From contig CALMGM010000009.1 of the NCBI GenBank assembly GCA_937863685.1, positions 178,403 through 242,402 on the forward strand: a DNA stretch of 64,000 nucleotides, in the 5' to 3' direction. How positions within the stretch are numbered: position 1 is the stretch's first letter; every line of letters begins with the position of its first letter. Under the pieces are notes generated by a model, which saw nothing but the letters and a program-made list of their open reading frames with translations, was not told the DNA's origin and did no database searches. The stretch is from an uncultured bacterium. Its GTDB lineage: Bacteria; Edwardsbacteria; AC1; EtOH8. Both the position numbers and the translations under genes were made by a program. This document shows positions 49,811 to 59,737 of this stretch, in pieces.

Positions 49811-50778
49811 TGCAGATACCCCTTCAAGAATATTACGATTACCAGCTGCAGCAGGGCCAGCGGGGCCAGCCATTTCCAGCTGAAGGAAACCATCTGGTCT
49901 ATCCTGAGACGGGCGGTCACCGAACGCATGGCGGCCAGGATGAACACCACTATCAGGGTCTTGACGACGAACCAGATGAACCCGGGGATCAGCCCGCCCG
50001 GAAATCCGCCCAGGAACAAAGCAGCGATCATTCCGGCGCCCACCACCATCTGAATGTCGGCCAGCAGGCGGAACATGGCCAGCTTGCGGCCGGAATATTC
50101 GGTGAAGGCTCCGCCCACCACTTCGGTCTCGGCGTGGGGGATATCGAACGGCACCCTCTCCAGCTTGGCCTGCAGGGCCACCACCGCCACTGCGAAGGCA
50201 AAGACGTTGATCAGCAGGTACCAGGGATTGGCCTGGTAGTACGCGGCGATCTCGGCCATTCTCCAGCTGCCGGCCATCACCGCCGGGGACAGGATGGCCA
50301 GGAACATCGGGACCTCGTAGGCGAACAGCAGGGTCAGCACCCGGACCCCGCCGATGGCGGAATACATGCTGGCCGAGGCCCAGCCGGCCAGGAAATAGGC
50401 GAAACTGGGAAGCGCCAGCAGGTAGGCGATGACGATAAGGTCCCCCTGGAATGAGGTGGCCGATTGAAAGGCGTCGCTGAAGTGCCATACCGGCAGCAGC
50501 AGACCGGCGGTCAGCACCGAGGTCAGGGCCAGGATGGGAACGGCATTGAACAGCTTTTTATCGGCCTTGTCCGGAACGATATCCTCCTTGGCCATCAATT
50601 TGACGAAATCGGCGATGGGCTGCAGGATGCCGTGACTGCCGGTGTACATGGGGCCCATCCGGTTCTGGAATTTGGCATACAGCTTCCGATCGATCCATTC
50701 CACGAAAGTGGAGTAGACGAACAGGAACAGCAGGCCCGGATAGACCAGCAGATAGAGAAAAATTTTCAATATATCCAT
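49807..50778 (-). CDS. NuoH/ND1-like membrane subunit (HycD/EchB family)
   Basis: Eight-TM protein with the conserved NuoH loop YAKFQNRMGP. Confidence 0.85.
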   Translation of the reverse strand: MDILKIFLYLLVYPGLLFLFVYSTFVEWIDRKLYAKFQNRMGPMYTGSHGILQPIADFVKLMAKEDIVPDKADKKLFNAVPILALTSVLTAGLLLPVWHFSDAFQSATSFQGDLIVIAYLLALPSFAYFLAGWASASMYSAIGGVRVLTLLFAYEVPMFLAILSPAVMAGSWRMAEIAAYYQANPWYLLINVFAFAVAVVALQAKLERVPFDIPHAETEVVGGAFTEYSGRKLAMFRLLADIQMVVGAGMIAALFLGGFPGGLIPGFIWFVVKTLIVVFILAAMRSVTARLRIDQMVSFSWKWLAPLALLQLVIVIFLKGYLQ

Positions 50779-50792
50779 CTTTACCTCTTATA

Positions 50793-51980
50793 TTATAGCT
50801 TGATTCCGCGTTTGCGATAGAAATCGATCCCGTACTGGCGCAGGGTCTCCCAGTTCCAGACCTTCTCGTTGCCCTTGGGATCGGTGATGATGGCCATCCG
50901 GTCGGTGCATGACAGGCAGGGATCGATAGCCGCCATCACGATGGGAATATCCGCCACATATCCGCCCCGGAGCATGTACAAAGTGGCCGGCCAATTGGCC
51001 AAAGTAGGGGCCCTGACCTTCACCCGATCCGGTTTGTCGGTGCCGTTAGAGCGGATGTAGTGAATACACTCGCCCCGCTGGGCCTCGGCCCGGCTGACCA
51101 CCTCGCCCTCGGGAACCTTGCGGGGAGCCTTGACCCGGATATCGCCCGCCGGCAGATTTTTGAGGATATATTCGCAGATATTATACGATTCCATCAGTTC
51201 CTTGGCCCGAACCACCACCCTGGCCAGAACATCTCCACCCTCGTCGGTGACTATGTTGAACGGTATATGCTCGCCGAAGCCGGCGTAGGGATCGTCCTTG
51301 CGAACGTCGAAATCAACCCCGGAAGCCCTGGTGGTTGGGCCGGCGGCGTTAAGTTCCAATGCCTTGGCCTTGGGCAATACGCCGACTCCGGCGATCCTGG
51401 CCACTAATGTCGGCTCGGAGGCTCCGATGTTCAGGTAATACGGAGTCCGGGCCTTGAGGGCGGCGATGCCGTCCAGGGCTTTTTTGATCTGCATCTCGTC
51501 CAGATCGCGCCGCACCCCGCCGAAGGTCTGCATGCCGTAATTGACCCGGTTGCCGGAGATCATCTCCAGAATATCCTCGACGATTTCGCGGTCCCGCCAG
51601 GTGTACATGAAGAAAGTATCGAAGCCGACCTCGTGCCCGGCCACCCCCAGCCATAGAAGGTGGGAATGAACCCGTTCCAACTCGCCCATCAAACAGCGGA
51701 TGAACAGGCCCCGCTTGGGAGGCTCGATGCCCATCAATTTTTCTACCCCTTGAGCGAAAACGGTCATATGAACGTTGGAGCAGATGCCGCAGACCCTTTC
51801 CAGCAAATAAAGGTCCTGTATATAGGTCCGTTCCTCACAGCCCTTCTCTATTCCCCGGTGATTATAGCCTAACCGAAGATCGGCATCCACCACCGTTTCG
51901 CCGTCCACCATGAAGCGGAAAGAAGTGGGCTCTTTTAAAGCCGGATGCTGCGGGCCTACCGGTAATATGAACGTGCTCAT
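50793..51980 (-). CDS. Group-4 [NiFe]-hydrogenase large subunit (NuoD position)
   Basis: L1 motif ERVCGICSNVH (RxCGxCxxxH). L2 motif DPCLSCTDR (as in HycE DPCYSCTDR). These are followed by a ~34 aa C-terminal extension, consistent with protease processing. Confidence 0.85.
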   Translation of the reverse strand: MSTFILPVGPQHPALKEPTSFRFMVDGETVVDADLRLGYNHRGIEKGCEERTYIQDLYLLERVCGICSNVHMTVFAQGVEKLMGIEPPKRGLFIRCLMGELERVHSHLLWLGVAGHEVGFDTFFMYTWRDREIVEDILEMISGNRVNYGMQTFGGVRRDLDEMQIKKALDGIAALKARTPYYLNIGASEPTLVARIAGVGVLPKAKALELNAAGPTTRASGVDFDVRKDDPYAGFGEHIPFNIVTDEGGDVLARVVVRAKELMESYNICEYILKNLPAGDIRVKAPRKVPEGEVVSRAEAQRGECIHYIRSNGTDKPDRVKVRAPTLANWPATLYMLRGGYVADIPIVMAAIDPCLSCTDRMAIITDPKGNEKVWNWETLRQYGIDFYRKRGIKL

Positions 51981-52438
51981 TCTATGGCTCCTTTCTCCCG
52001 GTTATAATGCCAGTCCTTGCGCAAGGGGTACACGCCCTGGGGCCAGTCCTCGGGCAGTACCAGCGGACGCATATCGGGATGGCCCTCAAAGTTGATGCCC
52101 ACCAGATCATGGACCTCCCTCTCGTAGAATATCGCTCCGGGATAGACCGCGATGGTGGTGGAAAGCGTCGGGTTGCTCTTGTCGGTCTGGAGGCGCAGGG
52201 TCAGAGACATGCCGTTTTGGGCAAAATGATACAGCGCCTCCAGCTTGTCCCCGGTGTCGCGCCCGGTAATGGTGGAAAGGTGATAGAAGCCGGCTTTCTC
52301 CTTGAGAACCTTGCAGGTCTCCAGGGCATCGGCCTTATCCACCCACAAGGTCATCCGGCGAGGAAAGGGATTGATCAACTCCTTGATCTTGCCCTTTAGA
52401 TTATCCTCCAGGATCTTTTTTATTTCCTCAAAGGTCAT
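51977..52438 (-). CDS. NuoC-like (30 kDa) subunit
   Basis: Size and the conserved segment FEREVHDLVGINFEGHPD. Confidence 0.75.
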   Translation of the reverse strand: MTFEEIKKILEDNLKGKIKELINPFPRRMTLWVDKADALETCKVLKEKAGFYHLSTITGRDTGDKLEALYHFAQNGMSLTLRLQTDKSNPTLSTTIAVYPGAIFYEREVHDLVGINFEGHPDMRPLVLPEDWPQGVYPLRKDWHYNREKGAIE

Positions 52439-52485
52439 TTTGATCTCCTGTATTCTTTATTCTGTATTCTATATTCGCCTGATCG

Positions 52486-52917
52486 TTATCCGTTTTTCAA
52501 AGCGCCCAGCAGTTTAGCCACTCCGTCGATGATGGCATCCGGTTTGGCCGCGCATCCGGGAATATAGGCATTGACCGGGATCACCTGATCGACCCCCTCC
52601 AGCACGCTGTAGCAGCCCCGGAAGACGTTTCCGGAGCAGGCGCAGGCTCCCACCGCCACCACGAACTTGGGCTCGGCCATCTGCTCGTAGATCCTCTTCA
52701 AGCGCGCAGCCTGCTGGCGGGTCACCGCTCCGGTGCACACCAGCACGTCGGCATGGCGGGGGGTTGATTTTAGCAGCACCCCGAAGCGCTCCAGGTCGAA
52801 CCGGGGCATCAGGGCGGCCAGGGTTTCGATGTCGCATCCGTTGCAGGCTCCGCTGTTGAAATGGAGCAACCACGGCGAGGACACTCGGGACCATTTGACG
52901 AGTTTTTCTAAAGCCAT
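52486..52917 (-). CDS. NuoB-like hydrogenase small subunit ([4Fe-4S] N2-type)
   Basis: Motifs GACNGCDIE, GACACSG and PGCAAKPD. Start placed at MALEKL because the upstream repeat element occupies 52949-53013. Confidence 0.8.
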   Translation of the reverse strand: MALEKLVKWSRVSSPWLLHFNSGACNGCDIETLAALMPRFDLERFGVLLKSTPRHADVLVCTGAVTRQQAARLKRIYEQMAEPKFVVAVGACACSGNVFRGCYSVLEGVDQVIPVNAYIPGCAAKPDAIIDGVAKLLGALKNG

Positions 52918-52948
52918 AATTGTATCCTTAATTATTATATACTCTGGG

Positions 52949-53013
52949 GTCATTCCCGCAAAAGCGGGAATCCAGTTCTTTTATCTGGATACCTGCCTTC
53001 GCAGGTATGACAT
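52949..53013. repeat. Bipartite hairpin repeat (GTCATTCCCGCAAAAGCGGGAATCCAG + GGATACCTGCCTTCGCAGGTATGACAT), REP/BIME-like, operon-internal
   Basis: Two adjacent perfect 8-9 bp stem hairpins. Same architecture as 63330-63384. Confidence 0.75.
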
Positions 53014-53024
53014 ATTAATACAAT

Positions 53025-53369
53025 TTATTTCAGGATCAACGCGATGATGGAGAACCAGATCATCAGCAGGTAGAAGATCCCCAGGATGGCAAAGGCCAGT
53101 GAACCGCCGGGTATGGTGGCGATCACCAGGGCCGCCACGTGCATCATGGTGAAGAACAGGGCAGCATAAAAGAACTGGCGGTAGCCCACCTGGATCTTGC
53201 GGGCGGGAAAGTCCTCGCCGCAGGCGTACTGGGCCAGCTTGGCGCCGTCAGCCTTGAGCTTGGGGGCCATCACATCGCCCATCTTATAGATAAGATAGGA
53301 GATCAGGGCGAAGAGGCCGAACCCGATGAACGGGGTGATCAGTATATTCCACTGGCTGAAAATTGACAT
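53025..53369 (-). CDS. NuoA/ND3-like membrane subunit
   Basis: KLAQYACGEDFP matches the ND3 K.SPYECGFDP motif. Three TM helices. Confidence 0.7.
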   Translation of the reverse strand: MSIFSQWNILITPFIGFGLFALISYLIYKMGDVMAPKLKADGAKLAQYACGEDFPARKIQVGYRQFFYAALFFTMMHVAALVIATIPGGSLAFAILGIFYLLMIWFSIIALILK

Positions 53370-53509
53370 GTTGATATCCTCGTTTATTTTTTGCTTTTTA
53401 TTTTGGTGCCTTTCCCGCGGAGAACATGAAATTACATTTTTAGTTCATTTCGCGGATTTCCCGCCATTATCAGGATAGCCCATATAGGCGGGCAGGAGCG
53501 GGTAAGTTC

Positions 53510-53809
53510 CTATCCCTTCAGCTTGGTCAGGCTGCGGACGTCCAGACTGCCGGTGTTGCGGTAGGCGTTGATCACCAAGGCCAGGGCCACCGCCACGATG
53601 GAGACCTCGATCACGATGAAGGTGATCACCAGGCTCTGCGAGAAGAAGGTCTCCCCCCGGGCGTATCCGGCGGTAATGAATGATAGTACCGCCGATTTGG
53701 CCATGATCTCCAGGCCTATCAGCAGCTTGATCATGTTACGGCTGGTCAGCAGGCAGTACAGCCCGATGAAGAACAGCAGACCGACGAATATCAGATTGGT
53801 CACTACCAT
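53510..53809 (-). CDS. NuoK/MnhC-like membrane subunit
   Basis: 99 aa with three TM helices and a conserved mid-membrane Glu (GLEIMAKSA). Confidence 0.7.
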   Translation of the reverse strand: MVVTNLIFVGLLFFIGLYCLLTSRNMIKLLIGLEIMAKSAVLSFITAGYARGETFFSQSLVITFIVIEVSIVAVALALVINAYRNTGSLDVRSLTKLKG

Positions 53810-54336
53810 AGCTTGTGCCCTCCATCCTTGGCTTTTTCAGCGTCTATCTTATCCTGGGCGGTGAGCGGCTTCTCCCGGAACAGGGCCAGCACCCCGAACA
53901 CGCCTCCAAAGATCACCGCTATCTGGCCGATCAGATCCATGGAGCGGATGCCCCACAGGGTGGCCCCGAAGCTGGAGGTGGCATTGCCGTATCCGGCCGG
54001 GGTGTTGGAGAACAATCCCTTCATCACCAGCAGGTCGATGATCCCGAACAACACCAGGAACAGCGGAAACAGGTACAGCGGCCAGCGGGATTCCTTGACC
54101 GGCTCCTCGTCCTTGGTCAGGGCGATGGTGGAAACGAACAGCACCGTGATCAGCCCGGCCACCACCGACAGTTCGAACACCGCGGCATAGGGCGAATCCA
54201 TCCGGTACAGCACCACCGCCAGCACGGCGCTCATGAAGGCCAGGCTCAGGGCCGCCCGCAGCAGGTCCTTGAAGAACACCGCCATGCAGGCGAAACCGGC
54301 CAGCATCAATAGCAGTATAAGGTTTATTATGTCCAT
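53803..54336 (-). CDS. NuoJ-like (MnhB-related) membrane subunit
   Basis: The AAVFELSVVAGLITVLFV segment resembles the NuoJ Y.GA..VLF motif. Confidence 0.6.
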   Translation of the reverse strand: MDIINLILLLMLAGFACMAVFFKDLLRAALSLAFMSAVLAVVLYRMDSPYAAVFELSVVAGLITVLFVSTIALTKDEEPVKESRWPLYLFPLFLVLFGIIDLLVMKGLFSNTPAGYGNATSSFGATLWGIRSMDLIGQIAVIFGGVFGVLALFREKPLTAQDKIDAEKAKDGGHKLW

Positions 54337-54396
54337 TTTGACTCCAGTATGTATATTTGAAGTTTACGATGTTATGAAGTTGTGAGGTTCAGATTA

Positions 54397-54774
54397 TTAA
54401 AAGCAGAACTTATCAGCCTTAAAATCCATAGCGTTCAACATGCCGATAATATTTTCGTATTCACGGTCAAGTTTATTAAAAAAGTCCTCAGAAATATAGT
54501 TGCACGACAAACAAAACTCAAGCCAAGTCTGGGTTTCAGCAGCTTCCTGCATGCTGTCTGACAATTTGTTGATAAATACTTTCTTGTATTTTCTTTTACG
54601 CCAAGCTTCAGATAGATTGGAGCATACCGAACGGGAAGACCTTCTGATTTGATCCGTCAACTAATATTTTTCGTCTGAGGGAAAAGTCTTACTTATCTCA
54701 AATATCTCCATGGCACAGCAAAATGCCGCTTTGTAAACCTTTCAGTCTCTTACCGTACGTATCCTATCGCTCAT
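54397..54774 (-). pseudogene. Four-helix-bundle protein (TIGR02436 / 23S rRNA intervening-sequence-type) gene disrupted by two in-frame stops (TGA at 54742-54744, TAG at 54661-54663, + strand coordinates)
   Basis: Manual minus-strand translation gives MSDRIRTVRD*KVYKAAFCCAMEIFEISKTFPSDEKY*LTDQIRRSSRSVCSNLSEAWRKRKY...EDFFNKLDREYENIIGMLN. It is colinear with canonical family members (..[43 protein letters not shown]..). It is embedded in an AT-rich ~500 bp spacer. Confidence 0.7.
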
Positions 54775-54832
54775 CGCTACTCTCGATCCGATCGTCTTAT
54801 CTTCTCAACATCAGATCTTCAATCAGCCAACA

Positions 54833-56314
54833 TCATTGTCCGAACATTGAAAAACCGTTGGCTCCGATGGCATTGCTCAGAGCGGTCATCCCCGGCTGGA
54901 TCAGCTTGGCAGTCACCCAGGGATAGAACAGGCCCACCAGCAGGCACAGGGTCGCCAGACAGAAAGTGGCCAGGGCCATGTAGAACGGCACTTCCTTGAC
55001 CTTCTCTAAGCCCACCGCCAGTTTACCGAAGAAGGCCTTCCTCTGCATCAGCAGGAAGTACCACAGGGTCAGGATGCTGGTGCCGATGGCGATGGCCGCC
55101 ACTCCGACATGATTGGCCTCCACCAGGGCAACGATGATCAGCAGTTTGCTCCAGAACCCGTTGAAGGGCGGTATCCCGGCGATGGAGAAGGTGCCGATGG
55201 TGGTGGTCAGGCTGGTGATGGGCAGCTTGTGGCCCACCCCGCCGAGTTTGGAAAGGTCCCTGGTGCCGGTGGCATACTCGGTGGCCCCGGCGTCAAGGAA
55301 CAGCAGGCTCTTGAAGGTGGCGTGGTTGAACAGGTGGAACAGGGCTCCCATGATCCCCAGCGGTGTTCCCAGGCCCAGGCCCACCACTATATACCCGATC
55401 TGGCTGATGGATGAGTAGGCCAGCATTCGTTTGAAATCGTTCTGCCCCAGGGCGATCACCGCGCCGATGACCATCGAGGCCACCCCCAGCCAGATCATGG
55501 CCTGGGAGACCGAGGCCGGCAGGCCGAAGATGTCGTAGACCACCCGGGTCAGGGCGTAGATGCCGGAGACCTTGATCAGCACTCCGGACAGCATGGCCGA
55601 AATGGGAGCCGGGGCCGAGGGATGGGCGTCCGGCAGCCAGGCATGGAACGGCACCATGGCCGCCTTCAGTCCGAAGCCCATCAGGAACAGGGCCAGGCAC
55701 AGGCCGATCAGCTTGACATTCATGCCGGTTCCCACCATCGAAGCCAGCTCCTTGAAGTTCATGGTGCCGGTCATCAGATAGATGAATGACATGGCCAGCA
55801 GGATGCCGGTAGTGGCGACCACCGACAGCATCAGGTACTTGAAGGCCGCCTCCACCTCATCGTGCTTCTGGCCGAAGGCCACCAAAGCGTACGAGGCCAC
55901 CGCCGCCACTTCCAGGAAGACGTACATGTTGAACAGGTCGACGGTCAGCACCAGCCCGTTCATCCCGGCCACCATCAGCAGGAACAGGGCGTAGTAAGAT
56001 CCCTTGGCCCCGTAATGTTCCATGTAGTTGATGGAATAGATGCAGGCAAACAGCGAGATCAGGCTGATGGTGATCAGCAGCAACAGCGAGAAGCCGTCCA
56101 GCATCAGTCCGGCCTTGAGGGGCAGACCGATGGCCGCGGCATCCCACAGGATGCGGTGCCCGGCCGATATCAGGCGGATCTGGGACAGGCTCAAGGCCAG
56201 CATGGCCGCCATGGTGGCCACCCCCAGGATATCGGGCAGTCCTTTCCACAGCCTGGAGACCAGCGGCATCAGGGCTGCCATGGCCAGGGGTATGACTATG
56301 AATAAAAGCAACAT
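54833..56314 (-). CDS. NuoN/MnhD-like antiporter-type subunit
   Basis: 493 aa with ~14 TM helices and the conserved broken-helix Lys/Glu pattern of the Mrp/NuoLMN family. Confidence 0.75.
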   Translation of the reverse strand: MLLLFIVIPLAMAALMPLVSRLWKGLPDILGVATMAAMLALSLSQIRLISAGHRILWDAAAIGLPLKAGLMLDGFSLLLLITISLISLFACIYSINYMEHYGAKGSYYALFLLMVAGMNGLVLTVDLFNMYVFLEVAAVASYALVAFGQKHDEVEAAFKYLMLSVVATTGILLAMSFIYLMTGTMNFKELASMVGTGMNVKLIGLCLALFLMGFGLKAAMVPFHAWLPDAHPSAPAPISAMLSGVLIKVSGIYALTRVVYDIFGLPASVSQAMIWLGVASMVIGAVIALGQNDFKRMLAYSSISQIGYIVVGLGLGTPLGIMGALFHLFNHATFKSLLFLDAGATEYATGTRDLSKLGGVGHKLPITSLTTTIGTFSIAGIPPFNGFWSKLLIIVALVEANHVGVAAIAIGTSILTLWYFLLMQRKAFFGKLAVGLEKVKEVPFYMALATFCLATLCLLVGLFYPWVTAKLIQPGMTALSNAIGANGFSMFGQ

Positions 56315-56346
56315 GTTTATGCTCCGTTATATTTCGAAAATATGAA

Positions 56347-58227
56347 TTACTTTACCAGGACCGCCAGGTAGATAACCAGCAGGGCGAATCCCCCCACCAC
56401 CCAGGCCAGATAATTGGCGTAAAGCCCGTTGTGGTATTCCTTGAGCACCCCGGTGGCCACCCCGCCGACGAAGACGATCAGCCTTTCGTAGACGGCGTCT
56501 ATCCCCCGGTCCACCACCTTGAACACCGTCCAGGCGGCGCCCTTCAGCAGGCCGTTTACGAACCACTCGTAGATGTCGAAGGCCCGGGCCTCGGCCCAGT
56601 CATACAGGGTATGCATCACCGGCAGGTTATGGATGGGCTCGGAGGCCAGGTAGGCCTGGCCCTGGCCCTTCTTGACGCCGTACTGGTGGATCAGCCAGGC
56701 GATCACCAGGCAGGCCATGGAGACCCAGACTATCCAATTGAGATGGAATACCCAGAACTCCATATGCCCGGCGTGGCCCTCCAGGATGGCCCTTCCCTCC
56801 AGCACCGGCTGGATCAGGTATTTTAAGGGCAGTTTGCTGTAGACCCCGAACAGGATGCAGCCCAGGGCGATCACCAGCATGGGGATGGTCATGGCCAGGC
56901 CGGGATCCTTGGGAGCCTTGTTGGGCATCTCGGAACTCTGCTGTCCGAAGTAGGTGGCGTGGCCCAGCTTTAAAAACGAGGCGAAGGTGAAGATGGCGCC
57001 GATCCAGGCGGCTATGGGGAATATCATTTTGCCGGTCTCCACCGCCCCGTGGAACACCAGCTCCTTGGAGAAGAAGCCGTTGAAGGGCGGCACCCCGGAG
57101 ATGGCGAAGGCCGCCACCCAGAAGGCCACCCCGGTGATGGGCATCAGCTTGAACAGCCCGCCCAGTTTTTTAAGCTCGGTGGTGCCGGCCTGCTTCTCCA
57201 CCGCCCCGCCGGTCAGGAACAGGGTGCACTTGTACATGGCGTGGTTGAGCATGTGGAACAGGCCGCCCACGATCCCGGCCGGTACCCCGGTGCCGATGCC
57301 TAGGATCATGTAGCCCACCTGGCTGATGGCGTGGAACGACAGTAATTTTTTGTAATCCTTCTGGACCAGGGCCATCATCACCGCCAGAACTATGGTGATG
57401 GCGCCGATGGCCATCAAAAAGATGGACATGGAGCTGTTCATGTGGATGGTGAACATTTCAAGGGAGATCCGGCCCAGCATGTAGATGCCCAGCAGTTTCT
57501 CCAGGGCCGCCGGCAGGTAGGCCATGAACGGCAGCGGCGCGTCGATGGCGGCGTCCGGGATCCAGGTGTGGAAAGGCATGGCGCCGGCCTTGGCCATGGC
57601 CCCCAGGCCCATCAGCACGAAGGCGGCCGCCCCCAGACCCATCGGCTCCAGGTGGATCTCGGACATGGTCAGGGTGCCGGACAGATGCCAGGCGAAGATG
57701 ATGCCCAGTATCATGGCGAAATCGGCGATGCCGGAGATCACCAAAGCCTTGGTGGCGGTCTTGAAGGCCTCCTTGTTGCCTATTGAGATCATGCCGTAGA
57801 GGGTCGCTAATAGCGACTCCCAGAAGAACAGCATTAATACGAAATTATTTGAAAGGATGGCTCCGTTGGCCAGCCCGGCGGTCAGCAGGAAGTAGGCAAA
57901 ATATTCCTTGGAGCGTTCCTTGCCGTCCATGAAGGAGGCGGTGTAGAGGGCCAAGAGGATCTCGAAACCGGCCGCCGCCAGCAGGATGAACTTGGGAAAG
58001 TGGTAGGCCCATAGGTCAAAGTTTATCCCGAAGCTGGTCCAGGGCACGAATAATCTTAAACCCTCGCCCCCGGCCTTGAAGATGACCGCCGCATAGTACA
58101 TGGTGATGGCGGTGGCGATCAGGGCCAGGATCTCCTTGCCCCATTTGACGGATTTGGGCAGGATGAAGGTCAGCACCCCGGCGATGATGGGGACCAGGAT
58201 CGGTATCAGCAGAATGTTCGGATTCAT
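56347..58227 (-). CDS. NuoL/MnhA-like antiporter-type subunit (longest member)
   Basis: 626 aa. The NuoL-like length and TM pattern include a C-terminal extension. Confidence 0.75.
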   Translation of the reverse strand: MNPNILLIPILVPIIAGVLTFILPKSVKWGKEILALIATAITMYYAAVIFKAGGEGLRLFVPWTSFGINFDLWAYHFPKFILLAAAGFEILLALYTASFMDGKERSKEYFAYFLLTAGLANGAILSNNFVLMLFFWESLLATLYGMISIGNKEAFKTATKALVISGIADFAMILGIIFAWHLSGTLTMSEIHLEPMGLGAAAFVLMGLGAMAKAGAMPFHTWIPDAAIDAPLPFMAYLPAALEKLLGIYMLGRISLEMFTIHMNSSMSIFLMAIGAITIVLAVMMALVQKDYKKLLSFHAISQVGYMILGIGTGVPAGIVGGLFHMLNHAMYKCTLFLTGGAVEKQAGTTELKKLGGLFKLMPITGVAFWVAAFAISGVPPFNGFFSKELVFHGAVETGKMIFPIAAWIGAIFTFASFLKLGHATYFGQQSSEMPNKAPKDPGLAMTIPMLVIALGCILFGVYSKLPLKYLIQPVLEGRAILEGHAGHMEFWVFHLNWIVWVSMACLVIAWLIHQYGVKKGQGQAYLASEPIHNLPVMHTLYDWAEARAFDIYEWFVNGLLKGAAWTVFKVVDRGIDAVYERLIVFVGGVATGVLKEYHNGLYANYLAWVVGGFALLVIYLAVLVK

Positions 58228-59693
58228 CTCAATACCCCCAATATATCATGAATGGCAGGATTTCCCAGAACGTCGCGGACGGCGATATTGGCCAGGTCCA
58301 TGGGGTATTTCACCAGGATCCCGGCGGCCAGCGAAAGGACGGCCAGCGAGGCCACCACCCACACCATGGTCGGGGTGCCCTCCTTGTGGGCATGAATGCT
58401 GGTATCGCGGGCTTCGCCCAGAAAGACCAGGGTGAACAGCCGCATTAAATAGACCAAGGTCAGCAGGGCGGTGAAGATGGCCAGGGCGCCGATGGCGATG
58501 TGGTTGGACTTGATGATGCCCTGGATGACCATGAACTTGGAGAAGAAGCCTCCGAAGGGCGGCACGCCCACGATGGAGAAGACGCACATGATGAAGGCCA
58601 CCGCGGTGACGGGCATGGCCTTGATCAGCCCGCCCATCTTGGTGATGTCCTTGGTGCCGGTGCCGTGCTCGATGACCCCGGCGGCCAAAAAGAGTCCGCC
58701 CTTGGCCAGTCCGTGCATCAGGATGAAAAGCAGGGCTCCGGCCACCCCGATGGTGTTGAAGGCCGCCAGGCCCATGAAGATGTAGCCGATTTGGCTGACG
58801 GTGGACAGGGCCAAAATTCTCTTTATATTCGTTTCGATCAGGGCCGCGCTGGCCGAGACCATGGCCGAGATCAGGCCCAGTATCATCAGGTAGGTCTGCC
58901 AGTCGCCGGGGATGACGAAGGTGTAGTTGAATATCCGGGCGAAGGCGTAGACCCCGATCTTGACCAGCACCGCGGCGTGCAGCAGGGCGGTCACCGGGGT
59001 GGGCGCCACGCCGGCGTCAGGCAGCCAGGTGTGGAACGGCAAAGTGGCGCTCTTGGCGAAGATGCCCATGGTGATCAGGGCCACCGCCAGTCCGCCGATG
59101 GGGAAGCCGCGCATGTCCAGCATGTTGAAGGTGCCGGTCTTGGCATAGACCAGGGCGAAGCCCAGCAGCATGAACACCGCTCCCCCGGCCGTCACCAAAA
59201 AGGCCTTGTCGGCCTTGATCACCACTTCCTTGTCGCGGAAGAAGCCGATCAAACGCCAGGAACAGATGCCGGTGATCTCCCAGAAGACGTACATCAGGAT
59301 CAGGTTGGCCGAGAATACCAGCCCCATCATGGCTCCCAAAAACAAAACCACCATCAGAAAGTATTCCTGCTGATAGTGGTAATCCTTGATATAACCCAGG
59401 GAGTAGATGATGATCAGGGTGCTGATCAGGGCCGAGGCGATGGCCATGAAGACCGACAGCCCGTCCACCACGAAGGTGGCATCCACCCCCAGCCCGATGG
59501 CCCTCTGGAAGACGTGGGTCTCCCCCGAGAAGGCCGCCGGCAGAAGCGTGACGGCAAAAAAAGTAGTGGCCAGCCCCAGAATCACCGCCCAGGCGTTACG
59601 CCCTGGCTTGGAGGCCAGCCCTATCAAAGGCAAGGTAAAGGCCCCGATGATGGGGACCAGTATCGTTGCCAGCAAAGAGAATTCCCACCCCAT
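58224..59693 (-). CDS. NuoM/MnhD-like antiporter-type subunit, first gene of the operon
   Basis: 489 aa. Its 4-nt overlap with the next gene indicates translational coupling. Confidence 0.75.
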   Translation of the reverse strand: MGWEFSLLATILVPIIGAFTLPLIGLASKPGRNAWAVILGLATTFFAVTLLPAAFSGETHVFQRAIGLGVDATFVVDGLSVFMAIASALISTLIIIYSLGYIKDYHYQQEYFLMVVLFLGAMMGLVFSANLILMYVFWEITGICSWRLIGFFRDKEVVIKADKAFLVTAGGAVFMLLGFALVYAKTGTFNMLDMRGFPIGGLAVALITMGIFAKSATLPFHTWLPDAGVAPTPVTALLHAAVLVKIGVYAFARIFNYTFVIPGDWQTYLMILGLISAMVSASAALIETNIKRILALSTVSQIGYIFMGLAAFNTIGVAGALLFILMHGLAKGGLFLAAGVIEHGTGTKDITKMGGLIKAMPVTAVAFIMCVFSIVGVPPFGGFFSKFMVIQGIIKSNHIAIGALAIFTALLTLVYLMRLFTLVFLGEARDTSIHAHKEGTPTMVWVVASLAVLSLAAGILVKYPMDLANIAVRDVLGNPAIHDILGVLR

Positions 59694-59737
59694 AAAAACT
59701 CCTAATGCTGATGTATTAAATTAAATGGAAACAAGAT

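Noticed and set aside
49430-50488. 352 aa minus-strand ORF spanning the nuoI-like and nuoH-like genes
   Set aside because: Only its last 127 codons (49430-49810) encode a recognisable protein, the NuoI-like ferredoxin. The upstream part is an out-of-frame overlap of the clearly real NuoH-like gene.
52917-52953. Longer NuoB-like start at 52953 (MTPEYIIIKDTIM...)
   Set aside because: It would run into the conserved bipartite hairpin element at 52949-53013. The MALEKL start at 52917 is more plausible.
54661-54744. Alternative genetic code (stop-codon reassignment) as an explanation for the two in-frame stops in the four-helix-bundle gene
   Set aside because: All other genes in the window terminate normally with TGA, TAG and TAA and have no internal stops. 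The two stops fall at Leu and Gly positions, which fits no known reassignment.
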